From NCBI GenBank assembly GCA_012519835.1, contig JAAYPJ010000074.1, positions 28,902 through 92,901 on the forward strand: a stretch of DNA of 64,000 bases. The letters are read 5' to 3'. The stretch is from Clostridiales bacterium (GTDB lineage Bacteria; Bacillota; Clostridia; Peptostreptococcales; Natronincolaceae). The notes beneath the pieces are model-generated. The model made no database searches. It was not told the origin of the DNA and was given only the letters and a program-made list of their open reading frames with translations. The translations under genes and the position numbers were made by a program. Below, piece by piece: positions 21,465 to 29,954 of this stretch. How positions within the stretch are numbered: the stretch's first letter is position 1; each line of letters opens with the position of its first letter.

Positions 21465-22547
21465 ATGGAAAAAAAGAGAGCTTTGGATATGGCCATTGCA
21501 CAAATAGAAAAACAGTTTGGTAAAGGTTCCATTATGCAATTGGGTGGGGACATTAAATTAAACGTAGAAAGTATATCAACCGGTTCTATCGCCCTTGATG
21601 TAGCTTTAGGAATCGGAGGTGTCCCGAGAGGAAGAATTACTGAAATTTTTGGTCCGGAATCCTCGGGTAAAACAACAGCCTCACTTCATATGATTGCTGA
21701 AACACAAAAAAACGGTGGCACAGCCGCATTTATTGATGCAGAACATGCACTGGATCCTATATACGCAAAAAATCTGGGTGTTGACACCGAGAATTTGATT
21801 GTATCCCAACCTGATACCGGGGAGCAGGCCCTTGAAATTACAGAAGCCCTCGTAAGAAGCGGTGCCGTCGACATAATCGTTATAGACTCTGTCGCAGCGC
21901 TAGTTCCAAAGGCCGAAATCGAAGGGGAGATGGGTGATTCTCATGTAGGATTACAGGCCCGGCTGATGTCCCAAGCATTGAGAAAACTGGCAGGCTCAAT
22001 CAGTAAATCAAGAACAATTGTGGTTTTTATAAATCAACTCAGGGAAAAAATAGGGATAATGTTTGGCAATCCTGAAACTACTTCAGGGGGCCGTGCATTA
22101 AAATTTTATGCCTCTGTTCGTCTGGATATTCGTAGGGTTGATTCTATTAAACAGGGCAACGACATTGTCGGTAACAGGACCAGGGTAAGGGTAGTAAAAA
22201 ATAAGGTCGCGCCTCCTTTTAAACAAGCCGAATTTGATATCATGTACGGGGAAGGTATTTCTAAAACCGGGGACATATTAGATATAGCATCCGACCTGGA
22301 TATCGTTAAGAGGTCCGGTGTTTGGTACAGTTATGGGGATCATAAACTTGGACAGGGTCGGGAAAATGCAAAACAATTTTTTAAAGAGAATCCTGAAATC
22401 TGTTTAGAGATTGAAAATAAAATCAGAAAACATTATGACCTGCCTCTCGCTGCGGGAGTGCTACATAAACAGGAACAGGCCAAAGATACGGATAACAAAG
22501 ACGCACAAACTGCGGACGCAGCAGAGATTGCTGATATAAAGGAATAA
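21465..22547 (+). CDS. recA: Recombinase RecA
   Basis: Has [24 protein letters not shown], Walker A (GPESSGKTT) and the L1/L2 regions. The track GTG at 21438 would add 9 non-family residues. Confidence 0.96.
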   Translation: MEKKRALDMAIAQIEKQFGKGSIMQLGGDIKLNVESISTGSIALDVALGIGGVPRGRITEIFGPESSGKTTASLHMIAETQKNGGTAAFIDAEHALDPIYAKNLGVDTENLIVSQPDTGEQALEITEALVRSGAVDIIVIDSVAALVPKAEIEGEMGDSHVGLQARLMSQALRKLAGSISKSRTIVVFINQLREKIGIMFGNPETTSGGRALKFYASVRLDIRRVDSIKQGNDIVGNRTRVRVVKNKVAPPFKQAEFDIMYGEGISKTGDILDIASDLDIVKRSGVWYSYGDHKLGQGRENAKQFFKENPEICLEIENKIRKHYDLPLAAGVLHKQEQAKDTDNKDAQTADAAEIADIKE

Positions 22548-22572
22548 AGAAATATAATTTATAATATGTTGG

Positions 22573-22609
22573 AAAAAGCTATTAAAATTTTTAATGGCTT
22601 TTTTTTTAC
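22573..22609 (+). terminator. Intrinsic terminator after recA
   Basis: AAGCTATTAAAA / TTTTAATGGCTT stem followed by a run of T. Confidence 0.75.
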
Positions 22610-22683
22610 CTAATTGTAATGCGGAGACCATTCTTATCAATGGTTCGAATAACTATTGGCATAACGGTATAATATATTCTAAC

Positions 22684-22712
22684 TTGACACCCATAAGGAA
22701 AAGATATAAAAT
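22684..22712 (+). promoter_or_regulatory. SigA-type promoter of rny (TTGACA-17-TAAAAT)
   Basis: Perfect -35 at 22684-22689, a 17-nt spacer, and -10 at 22707-22712. Confidence 0.6.
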
Positions 22713-22812
22713 AAGGTCAAATAGTCAAATAATAGGTGTATCTGTTAATGAGAAATATCGATATGAGATTAAAAATAAAACCCTAAAAACTTAATAAAGG
22801 AGGTGTCCACAT

Positions 22813-24360
22813 ATTCCAAAAACAGTCGTTTTAAACATACTTTTAACTACAGTTGGTGTTTTGTTAGGATGCCTTATCGGCTATTTTTTTCGAAAAAATG
22901 TTGCGGAAGGGAAAATTAAAAACGCTGAAGAATTAGCTAAAAAGATCGTGGAAGACGCTGAAAAGAATGCTGAAACTGCCAGAAAAGAGCTATTGTTGGA
23001 AGCAAAGGAAGAAGTCCATAAACTTCGTAATGAATTAGAAAAGGAGAGCAGAGAAAGGCGTAACGAGCTACAGAGAACGGAAAGAAGACTGATTCAAAAA
23101 GAAGAAGTTTTAGATAAAAAATCAGAATCTTTAGAAAACAAGGATGAAAAACTAACAAAAAAACTAAAAGAATTAGATAGCAAAGAACAAGAGATTAACG
23201 ACCTTTATCAAAAAGAAGTAGATAAACTCGAAGAATTATCCGGTTTAACCTCGGAACAGGCTCGTCAACTTTTGTTGAGTAATATTGAAAGACAGACAAA
23301 ATATGAAGCCGCAATTATGATTAAGGATATTGAATCTAAAGCAAGAGAAGAAGCAGAGAAAAAATCAAGGGAAATAATTGCCTACTCAATTCAAAAATGT
23401 GCAGCAGATCATGTTGCTGAAACCACTGTGTCGGTTGTACCACTACCTAACGATGAAATGAAAGGTAGAATAATTGGAAGAGAAGGTAGGAACATTCGTA
23501 CAATAGAAACATTAACAGGTATTGATTTAATTATTGATGATACACCAGAAGCAGTGATTTTATCCGGCTTTGACCCAATCAGAAGGGAAATAGCGCGAAT
23601 TGCACTAGAAAAATTGATTATCGATGGCAGAATTCACCCGGCAAGAATCGAGGAGATGGTAGAAAAGGCTAAGAAGGAAGTTGACAATATTATCAAGGAG
23701 GAAGGAGAACAGGCAACCTTTGATGCAGGTGTTCATGGTTTACATCCGGAACTTATAAGGCTGCTCGGTAGACTAAAATACAGAACCAGTTACGGACAAA
23801 ACGTGTTAAATCATTCGATAGAAGTTTCCTATTTAGCGGGGATTATGGCTGCTGAATTAGGTGCAGATGTCAGACTCGCCAAGAGAGCAGGCCTACTGCA
23901 TGATATTGGGAAGGCTGTTGATCATGAAATAGAAGGAACCCATGTTGAAATAGGCATGGAACTTCTCAAAAGATATAAGGAATCCAGAGATGTTATTCAT
24001 AGTATGTCCACCCATCATGGTGATTATGAACCTGAATCCATAGAAGCCATCTTAGTTACAGCGGCCGATGCCATTTCTGCGGCAAGACCGGGAGCCAGGA
24101 GGGAAACATTAGAGTCCTATATCAAACGATTAGAGAAATTAGAGGAAATTGCCAACGACTACGAGGGTGTTGAAAAATCCTTCGCCATTCAAGCAGGTAG
24201 AGAAATCAGAATCATTGTTAGACCTGAGATATACAACGATGAAGAAATTTTCATGCTGGCCCGAGATATAACAAAAAAAATCGAACTGGAACTCGAATAT
24301 CCCGGACAAATTAAAGTAAACGTTCTCAGAGAAACGAGAGCAATTGAATATGCAAAATAA
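22813..24360 (+). CDS. rny: Ribonuclease Y (probable ATT start)
   Basis: Has a KH domain ([12 protein letters not shown]) and an HD domain (LLHDIGKA). The family N-terminal TM helix is only complete if translation starts at in-frame ATT 22813, 9 nt after AAAGGAGGTG. The first canonical start (TTG 22861) truncates the helix. Confidence 0.9.
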   Translation: MPKTVVLNILLTTVGVLLGCLIGYFFRKNVAEGKIKNAEELAKKIVEDAEKNAETARKELLLEAKEEVHKLRNELEKESRERRNELQRTERRLIQKEEVLDKKSESLENKDEKLTKKLKELDSKEQEINDLYQKEVDKLEELSGLTSEQARQLLLSNIERQTKYEAAIMIKDIESKAREEAEKKSREIIAYSIQKCAADHVAETTVSVVPLPNDEMKGRIIGREGRNIRTIETLTGIDLIIDDTPEAVILSGFDPIRREIARIALEKLIIDGRIHPARIEEMVEKAKKEVDNIIKEEGEQATFDAGVHGLHPELIRLLGRLKYRTSYGQNVLNHSIEVSYLAGIMAAELGADVRLAKRAGLLHDIGKAVDHEIEGTHVEIGMELLKRYKESRDVIHSMSTHHGDYEPESIEAILVTAADAISAARPGARRETLESYIKRLEKLEEIANDYEGVEKSFAIQAGREIRIIVRPEIYNDEEIFMLARDITKKIELELEYPGQIKVNVLRETRAIEYAK

Positions 24361-24362
24361 GA

Positions 24363-24390
24363 AGACTGCAAAAAATGCAGTCTTTTTATT
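24363..24390 (+). terminator. Intrinsic terminator after rny
   Basis: AGACTGCA-aaaaa-TGCAGTCT followed by TTTTTATT. Confidence 0.8.
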
Positions 24391-24519
24391 AAAAATCTAA
24401 ACCCTACACCCGGTACCGGTAAATTTTGCTATACATGAAGGGATTTTAAAAACAAAGTAGAATGTTATATTTTAATAAGATAATACTATAAGTATATATT
24501 ATAAGGGGGATGTAATGGG

Positions 24520-24780
24520 ATGGAAGTATTAAAAGTTTCAGCAAAATCAAATCCAAATTCTGTAGCCGGGGCCTTAGCCGGGGTACTCAGAAAGCAGGGG
24601 ACAGCTGAAATTCAAGCTGTTGGGGCGGGCGCCTTGAATCAAGCTGTTAAGGCAGTAGCGATTGCAAGAGGATTTGTAGCACCCAGTGGGTTAGACCTAA
24701 TCTGTATCCCTGCCTTTGTCGACATAGAAATTGACGGTGAAAAAAGAACTGCAATTAAACTGATTGTAGAGCCCAGATAA
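24520..24780 (+). CDS. spoVS: Stage V sporulation protein S
   Basis: 86 aa and near-identical in pattern to Bacillus SpoVS (LKVSAKSNPNSVAGALAGVLR..AIKLIVEPR). Confidence 0.96.
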   Translation: MEVLKVSAKSNPNSVAGALAGVLRKQGTAEIQAVGAGALNQAVKAVAIARGFVAPSGLDLICIPAFVDIEIDGEKRTAIKLIVEPR

Positions 24781-24793
24781 AACAATAATATAA

Positions 24794-24836
24794 AAAAGTC
24801 TGCTAGATTTATTATTTTATTTAGCAGACCTTTTCA
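24794..24836 (+). terminator. Intrinsic terminator after spoVS
   Basis: GTCTGCTA..TAGCAGAC stem followed by CTTTTC. Confidence 0.65.
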
Positions 24837-24932
24837 TATAGAATATAATATAAAAACATATCCTTTTTAACTCAGGATATAACCAATATAAATTCTGAAA
24901 TAGATTTTCAAGCAATAAAGGAGAAACAAACT

Positions 24933-25763
24933 ATGAGGTTCATCGACATGCATGTTCATTCTACCTTCTCCGACGGAGTATATTCACCCGGCAAACTGGT
25001 TGATTATGCCGTTGAAAAAGGATTATCAGGAATAGCGATAACCGATCACGATACAGTTGACGGAATTGAAGAAGCAATAAAACGGGCCGGCATTTATAAA
25101 AACTTTATTGTTATACCCGGTGTTGAGTTGAGCACAGAATACAACAATGAGGAGATTCATATACTGGGATACAGGATTGACTATAAAATGGAATATCTGC
25201 TCGAAATATTACAACGCTTACAGGACTCAAGGAGCGATAGAGCCACCAAAATTATCAATAAATTAAAAAAAATAGGGGTTAAAATCAGCTATAAAGATGT
25301 AACAAAAATCGCAGGCGATGGAGCGATCGGGCGGCCCCATATTGCACACTCCTTGGTTCAAAAAGGTTATGTGCAGACCATCAAAGAGGCTTTTATAAGA
25401 TATCTGGCCAAGGGGGCTGTAGCTTATGTCCCAAAACAAAAATTAACGCCTATATCCGCAATTAACATTATAAAAAAAGCAGGGGGCTTTTCGGTTGCCG
25501 CACATCCCGGTTTGCTGAAGTCCGAAACCACACTGGATTATTTAATCGATATAGGAATTGACGGGATAGAGGTATACCATTCTAAACATACGACAGAACA
25601 ATCTGAAAGATATTTAAAATTAGCTGAAAAACATAACCTTATTATTACCGGAGGTTCTGATTTTCATTATCCTCCGAAAAACAACAGGTATAACAGTAAT
25701 CCGGATGAGGATTTAGGGGGAATCAAGATTTCACTGGAAAGTATTAAAAAATTATTAAAATAA
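24933..25763 (+). CDS. PHP-domain phosphoesterase (TrpH/YciV-like)
   Basis: Has DMHVHSTFSDG, ITDHDT, HPG and GGSDFH metal-binding motifs. Confidence 0.78.
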   Translation: MRFIDMHVHSTFSDGVYSPGKLVDYAVEKGLSGIAITDHDTVDGIEEAIKRAGIYKNFIVIPGVELSTEYNNEEIHILGYRIDYKMEYLLEILQRLQDSRSDRATKIINKLKKIGVKISYKDVTKIAGDGAIGRPHIAHSLVQKGYVQTIKEAFIRYLAKGAVAYVPKQKLTPISAINIIKKAGGFSVAAHPGLLKSETTLDYLIDIGIDGIEVYHSKHTTEQSERYLKLAEKHNLIITGGSDFHYPPKNNRYNSNPDEDLGGIKISLESIKKLLK

Positions 25764-25796
25764 AACTCTTCTAATATTTTATTGGGGGTGACCAAA

Positions 25797-26183
25797 ATGC
25801 CTGCATCTAAATCCATCAACCGACGTAATCGTCAATTCCCATCAAAAATTAGTACAACCCAGTTTGTTAAGTTGTATATTTTGCATCTGCTCATTGAGAA
25901 AGACTATTACGGTAATGAACTGATAGACGAAATAAAAAAAAGAATAGATTATAAATGGGAACCGAGTCCCGGTATGATATATCCCTTATTGAGAAACCTG
26001 GAGAGTAACAATTACATAATCGGATGGTGGGAGGAACCGAGTAAAAGATCTATCAGGCACTATAGAATTACAGACGAAGGTATAGATAATTATAAAAAAA
26101 TAAAATTACTCTATAAGCCGATTATAGATGATTCCTTGGTAATAATAAAAAATACTATAAAAGATATCTACGGGGGTATGTAA
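25797..26183 (+). CDS. PadR family transcriptional regulator
   Basis: Has YGNELIDEI..SPGMIYPLLRNLESNNYI..YRITDEG. ATG at 25797 follows GGGGGTGA. Confidence 0.8.
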   Translation: MPASKSINRRNRQFPSKISTTQFVKLYILHLLIEKDYYGNELIDEIKKRIDYKWEPSPGMIYPLLRNLESNNYIIGWWEEPSKRSIRHYRITDEGIDNYKKIKLLYKPIIDDSLVIIKNTIKDIYGGM

Positions 26184-26294
26184 AATTACTTTAACAAATT
26201 TTTTAAAAAATTTACTGAAATGATTTGAATATAATAAGTAATAGTGTATTATATATATTAATATTTAATAAAGGTAGGAGCTTTTAAAACAAAT

Positions 26295-27509
26295 ATGATA
26301 CAAGGGGGGATATCAATTAACATAACAGTCTCGAAAAAATCACAAAGTATTTCACCATCAATTACACTTGCAATAAGTGCTAAAGCAAAACAAATGAAAG
26401 AAGAGGGGATTGATGTAATAAGTTTTGGGGTAGGTGAACCTGATTTTGATACACCAATAAACATTAAAAACGCCGCCATAGAAGCGATTAATAAAGGCCA
26501 TACCAAATATACCCCTGCCTCGGGATTACCACAGCTTAAACAGGCAATATGTACTAAATTAAAATCCGACAACAATTTGGACTATAAACCCGAAAATATA
26601 GTCGTATCTAACGGTGCAAAGCATTCCTTATACAATATCTTTCAGGCCATATGTGATCCCGGGGACGAAGTAATCATACCGGCGCCATATTGGGTAAGTT
26701 ATCCTGAAATGGTTAAGATGGCAGATGCCAATCCCGTAATTGTAAACTGTACTGAAGAAAACGAGTTTAAAATCAAAAAAGAGGATCTCTTGGGGGCCAT
26801 CACTCCTAAAACAAAGGCTATAATACTGAACAGTCCTTCTAATCCAACCGGCTCCATTTATACAAGGGCCGAATTGGAAGACATTGCTCAAGTTGCTGTA
26901 GACCACAATATATTCGTAGTAACCGATGAGGTATACGAAAAATTGATATACGATGGGGAAGAGCACATCAGTATTGCTTCTTTTAACGATGAAATAAAAG
27001 ATTTGACAATTACGGTAAATGCCATGTCTAAATGTTATGCCATGACGGGATGGAGAATAGGCTATACAGCAAGCCATATAGCCATAGCCAAGGCTATGAA
27101 CAGTATGCAGAGTCATGCTACATCCAACCCCAACACTATAGCCCAACATGCCAGCATCGAAGGGTTAACCGGCGATCAATCTTCTGTGGAAGAGATGAGA
27201 TTAGCATTTGATGAGAGAAGAAAATATATGGTACAAAGGGTAAATGAGATAAAGGGCCTGTCGTGTATAGTACCCAAGGGCGCATTTTATATTATGATGA
27301 ATATTAAACAACTAATCGGCACTACAATTAAGGGAATAACTATTAACGGTTCAATGGATTTTTCCGAATTGTTGCTCGAACATGCGAATGTTGCCGTCGT
27401 ACCCGGAATTGCTTTCGGTGTAGACGAGTTTGTGCGTTTATCATATGCAAATTCACTTGAAAACATCAAGGAGGCCTTAAACAGGGTTGATGCTGTTTTG
27501 AACGGCTAG
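26295..27509 (+). CDS. Aspartate/aromatic (class I) aminotransferase
   Basis: Has SPSITLAISAKAKQMKEEGIDVISFGVGEPDFDTP, NPTG, and the SKCYAMTGWRIGY PLP-lysine motif. The start is uncertain: ATG 26295, or ATT 26316 behind GGGGGGA. Confidence 0.85.
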   Translation: MIQGGISINITVSKKSQSISPSITLAISAKAKQMKEEGIDVISFGVGEPDFDTPINIKNAAIEAINKGHTKYTPASGLPQLKQAICTKLKSDNNLDYKPENIVVSNGAKHSLYNIFQAICDPGDEVIIPAPYWVSYPEMVKMADANPVIVNCTEENEFKIKKEDLLGAITPKTKAIILNSPSNPTGSIYTRAELEDIAQVAVDHNIFVVTDEVYEKLIYDGEEHISIASFNDEIKDLTITVNAMSKCYAMTGWRIGYTASHIAIAKAMNSMQSHATSNPNTIAQHASIEGLTGDQSSVEEMRLAFDERRKYMVQRVNEIKGLSCIVPKGAFYIMMNIKQLIGTTIKGITINGSMDFSELLLEHANVAVVPGIAFGVDEFVRLSYANSLENIKEALNRVDAVLNG

Positions 27510-27550
27510 AGTTTTTATAAAATATTTTTTAATTATGTATGTATAGTTTT

Positions 27551-27606
27551 AAAAACAAATAGTATTAGGTTCAAAATCCTAAAAATAAATAATGTCAGGT
27601 TCAGAT
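27551..27606. repeat. Two imperfect ~26-nt direct repeats, 30-nt period
   Basis: AAAAACAAATAGTATTAGGTTCAAAA and AAAAATAAATAATGTCAGGTTCAGAT are about 80 percent identical, with a shared AGGTTCA core. Confidence 0.75.
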
Positions 27607-27640
27607 GGCCATCTTGGATGGCCATCATTAATTTTGTTTA
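27604..27640 (+). terminator. Possible terminator after the aminotransferase gene (two copies of palindrome GATGGCCATC)
   Basis: GATGGCCATC-ttg-GATGGCCATC can form a 10-bp, 3-nt-loop hairpin followed by ATTAATTTTGTTT. It lies 95 nt past the stop, so an operator role is equally possible. Confidence 0.45.
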
Positions 27641-27994
27641 ATTGTTATTTTTATATATCTAGTCAACTATCTTTTAAATGATTTTTAGATAAAATGAATA
27701 TTTTTTAATTATATTTTTAAATGTTATAAGACAAACTACAATTTTCAAAATAATTTACTGGACATACATGGGGAAGCAGTTTATAATTAGGATAGTAACT
27801 ATTCTTTAAATGTATATTTTGGGAATAGTTGTGATTTTGGGATAAAACCGCTAATTTTACCACTATACCCTACCCCTACTCCCGAAATTATATTATTATA
27901 TATTTATATACTGTGGTCTCAGGTGTTAATTATTTTTTAAACTGCATCTGAAAGAAAGTCAGTCCGATCATATTATTTTGTACAAGGAGTTGGT

Positions 27995-29119
27995 ATGATG
28001 TCAAAACGTCCGTCTATAACTATACATAACAAGTCCGATAAACCGGATAATATTGTCATGAAACAAAACTATCTTATAGAAGAATGTTTACAAATTGAGT
28101 CACAGCTTCCCAAATTTATGAGAGATTTTTTTACATATTTAAAAAATGGTGTTGCCCTCACTAGCCGCCTGGCCTACCTCAATGATATACTGTTTTTCTG
28201 TAATTATCTGGTTGCCGAAACCGGTCTTACCGATGCAACCATCGTCTCCGATATTACCGCCGCGGATTTTAATAAAATTACCGCCAAGCATATCAATAGG
28301 TTTATTGGAGATTATTGCTCCAGATATACAATTAAGGATAATGATTCTATAAAAATAATGGAAAACAACAACCGTACCTTAAGTAGAAAAAAATCAACAC
28401 TGTCTGTGCTGTTTAAATTCCTTTATAGGGACGAAATTATAGATAATAACATTACAGACGGGTTCAACCCCGTCCGCCTGCCTAAACCCCAACCTGATGC
28501 TATAAAGCGATTGGAGATTGATGAAGTAGCTGTTATGCTGGATATTGTAGATACCGGAGAACACCTGTCGGAAGGCGAAAAAAAATACTGGGAAAAAACC
28601 AGATTGAGAGATAAAGCAATTCTCGTGTTGTTTGTCACGTATGGTCTGAGATTAAGCGAACTTGAGCAATTAAATATATCATCATTTAACTTTAACAGAG
28701 GAGAATTCAGAATTTATCGTAAACGCGGCAAAGAGGTTATGATGCCCGTTAATAGGACATGCGAACTTGTAATTAAAGATTATATAGAGAATGAACGTAC
28801 CCCATCTAAGATGTTAGATAACGAACATAAGGATGCTCTGTTCCTTTCATTGCAGAACAGGCGTATGACAGCAAGAGCTATCAGAAATCTTGTAAAAAAA
28901 TATACCTCCATTGTATTGGGCACAACCAGAGAAAAAGGCTATAGTCCTCATAAGCTTAGGGCTACTGCTGCCACCTCCCTAATTCAACAAGGATTCTCCA
29001 TATATGATGTTCAGAATTTGTTAGACCATGATAATGTAACTACGACCCAACTTTATGCCGCCCATAAAAAGGATGCTAAAAGGCAGATTGTCAAGAATTT
29101 TGAATGGATTGACGAGTAA
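27995..29119 (+). CDS. Large (374 aa) Xer-type tyrosine recombinase, XerS-like architecture
   Basis: The catalytic set is present: GLRLSE (Arg I), HKLRATAAT (H-x-x-R) and LLDHDNVTTTQLY (His/Tyr). It has an extended N-terminal/core-binding region compared with ~300-aa XerC/D. Confidence 0.8.
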   Translation: MMSKRPSITIHNKSDKPDNIVMKQNYLIEECLQIESQLPKFMRDFFTYLKNGVALTSRLAYLNDILFFCNYLVAETGLTDATIVSDITAADFNKITAKHINRFIGDYCSRYTIKDNDSIKIMENNNRTLSRKKSTLSVLFKFLYRDEIIDNNITDGFNPVRLPKPQPDAIKRLEIDEVAVMLDIVDTGEHLSEGEKKYWEKTRLRDKAILVLFVTYGLRLSELEQLNISSFNFNRGEFRIYRKRGKEVMMPVNRTCELVIKDYIENERTPSKMLDNEHKDALFLSLQNRRMTARAIRNLVKKYTSIVLGTTREKGYSPHKLRATAATSLIQQGFSIYDVQNLLDHDNVTTTQLYAAHKKDAKRQIVKNFEWIDE

Positions 29120-29142
29120 AAATTTCATGATAAAATTTCCAT

Positions 29143-29156
29143 CGAACAAATGTTTG
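29143..29156 (+). promoter_or_regulatory. LexA box (autoregulation) upstream of lexA
   Basis: CGAACAAATGTTTG has one mismatch to the consensus and overlaps the -35 of the lexA promoter. Confidence 0.75.
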
Positions 29157-29182
29157 ATATTTAATTTAACATATGTTATACT
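29154..29182 (+). promoter_or_regulatory. SigA-type promoter of lexA (TTGATA-17-TGtTATACT)
   Basis: -35 at 29154-29159 and an extended -10 at 29174-29182. Confidence 0.65.
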
Positions 29183-29202
29183 TTACCCTATAGAAAGGGG
29201 TT

Positions 29203-29829
29203 TTGATAATGTATGAAGACCTAAACCGAAAAGAATTGGATGTATTAAATTACATAAAAACAGAACTGGCCAGAAGGGGCTATCCCCCATCCATAAGGGA
29301 GATATGTGAAGCTGTCGGCTTCAAGTCCACATCTACGGCCCATGGCTACCTGACTAAACTGGAGGAAAAAGGCTATATCCGAAGAGATGCTACTAAACCG
29401 AGGGCCATGGAGATTTTAAGCAGTGACCCTTTTAGCCACCTGTCCTACGATAAAGAAATTGTCAACATACCGGTTATCGGCAGGGTGACCGCAGGTACGC
29501 CTATTTTGGCAGTCGAAAATATTGAAGACGTATTCCCCATTGCCATCGACTTTGTCGATAATAACAATGCTTTTATACTGATAGTTAAAGGCGACAGCAT
29601 GGTTGATGCCGGCATATTGGATAATGATTATGTAATAGTCAGTCAGCAATCTACTGCCACAAATGGCGATATAGTAGTAGCGCTTATCGAAGATGAAGTT
29701 ACTATAAAACGTTTTTATAAAGAAGCCGACCATATACGGCTCCAACCCGAAAACAGGTTTATGGAACCCATAATACTTAAAGATGTGACTATCTTGGGTA
29801 AGGTAATAGGTGCATATAGAAAATTTTAG
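29203..29829 (+). CDS. lexA: LexA repressor
   Basis: Has a winged-helix domain ([23 protein letters not shown]), the cleavage site VTAG, and the S24 Ser/Lys (GDSM..IKR). The start is TTG 29203 or ATG 29209. Confidence 0.95.
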   Translation: MIMYEDLNRKELDVLNYIKTELARRGYPPSIREICEAVGFKSTSTAHGYLTKLEEKGYIRRDATKPRAMEILSSDPFSHLSYDKEIVNIPVIGRVTAGTPILAVENIEDVFPIAIDFVDNNNAFILIVKGDSMVDAGILDNDYVIVSQQSTATNGDIVVALIEDEVTIKRFYKEADHIRLQPENRFMEPIILKDVTILGKVIGAYRKF

Positions 29830-29858
29830 GAGGGCCTGTCAGACCCTCCATTTTTTAT
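29829..29858 (+). terminator. Intrinsic terminator after lexA
   Basis: GGAGGGCCTG-t-CAGACCCTCC (one mismatch) followed by ATTTTTTAT. Confidence 0.85.
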
Positions 29859-29954
29859 ATTATTAAATTATTTTGCGTATCTTATGAGCAAAATATATGG
29901 TACAAGCGTAAAAACAAAAATTTAACTTTTGACGCCCTATTCAAATATGCTAAA

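Noticed and set aside
22594-22794. 66-aa ORF between recA and rny.
   Set aside because: It begins inside the recA terminator stem, spans the TTGACA-17-TAAAAT rny promoter, and has no SD. This is more plausibly the rny promoter and 5' UTR.
26258-26575. 105-aa ORF on the - strand overlapping the 5' end of the aminotransferase gene.
   Set aside because: It is antisense to a conserved PLP-enzyme N-terminus and has no SD or family resemblance.
27877-27912. Possible dif-like core ACTCCCGAAATTATATTATTATATATTTATATACT upstream of the Xer-like gene.
   Set aside because: The left part matches the B. subtilis dif XerC arm (ACTTCCTAGAA, from memory) at only ~7/11 positions. The right arm does not resemble TTATGTAAACT. 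In such AT-rich DNA this is within chance, so it is kept only as a place to look.
27950-27965. GAAAGAAAGTCAGTCC resembles the RNase P RNA CR-I box (GAGGAAAGTCC).
   Set aside because: The surrounding sequence is AT-rich, lacks the other conserved RNase P regions and helices, and is far too short before the recombinase start codon.
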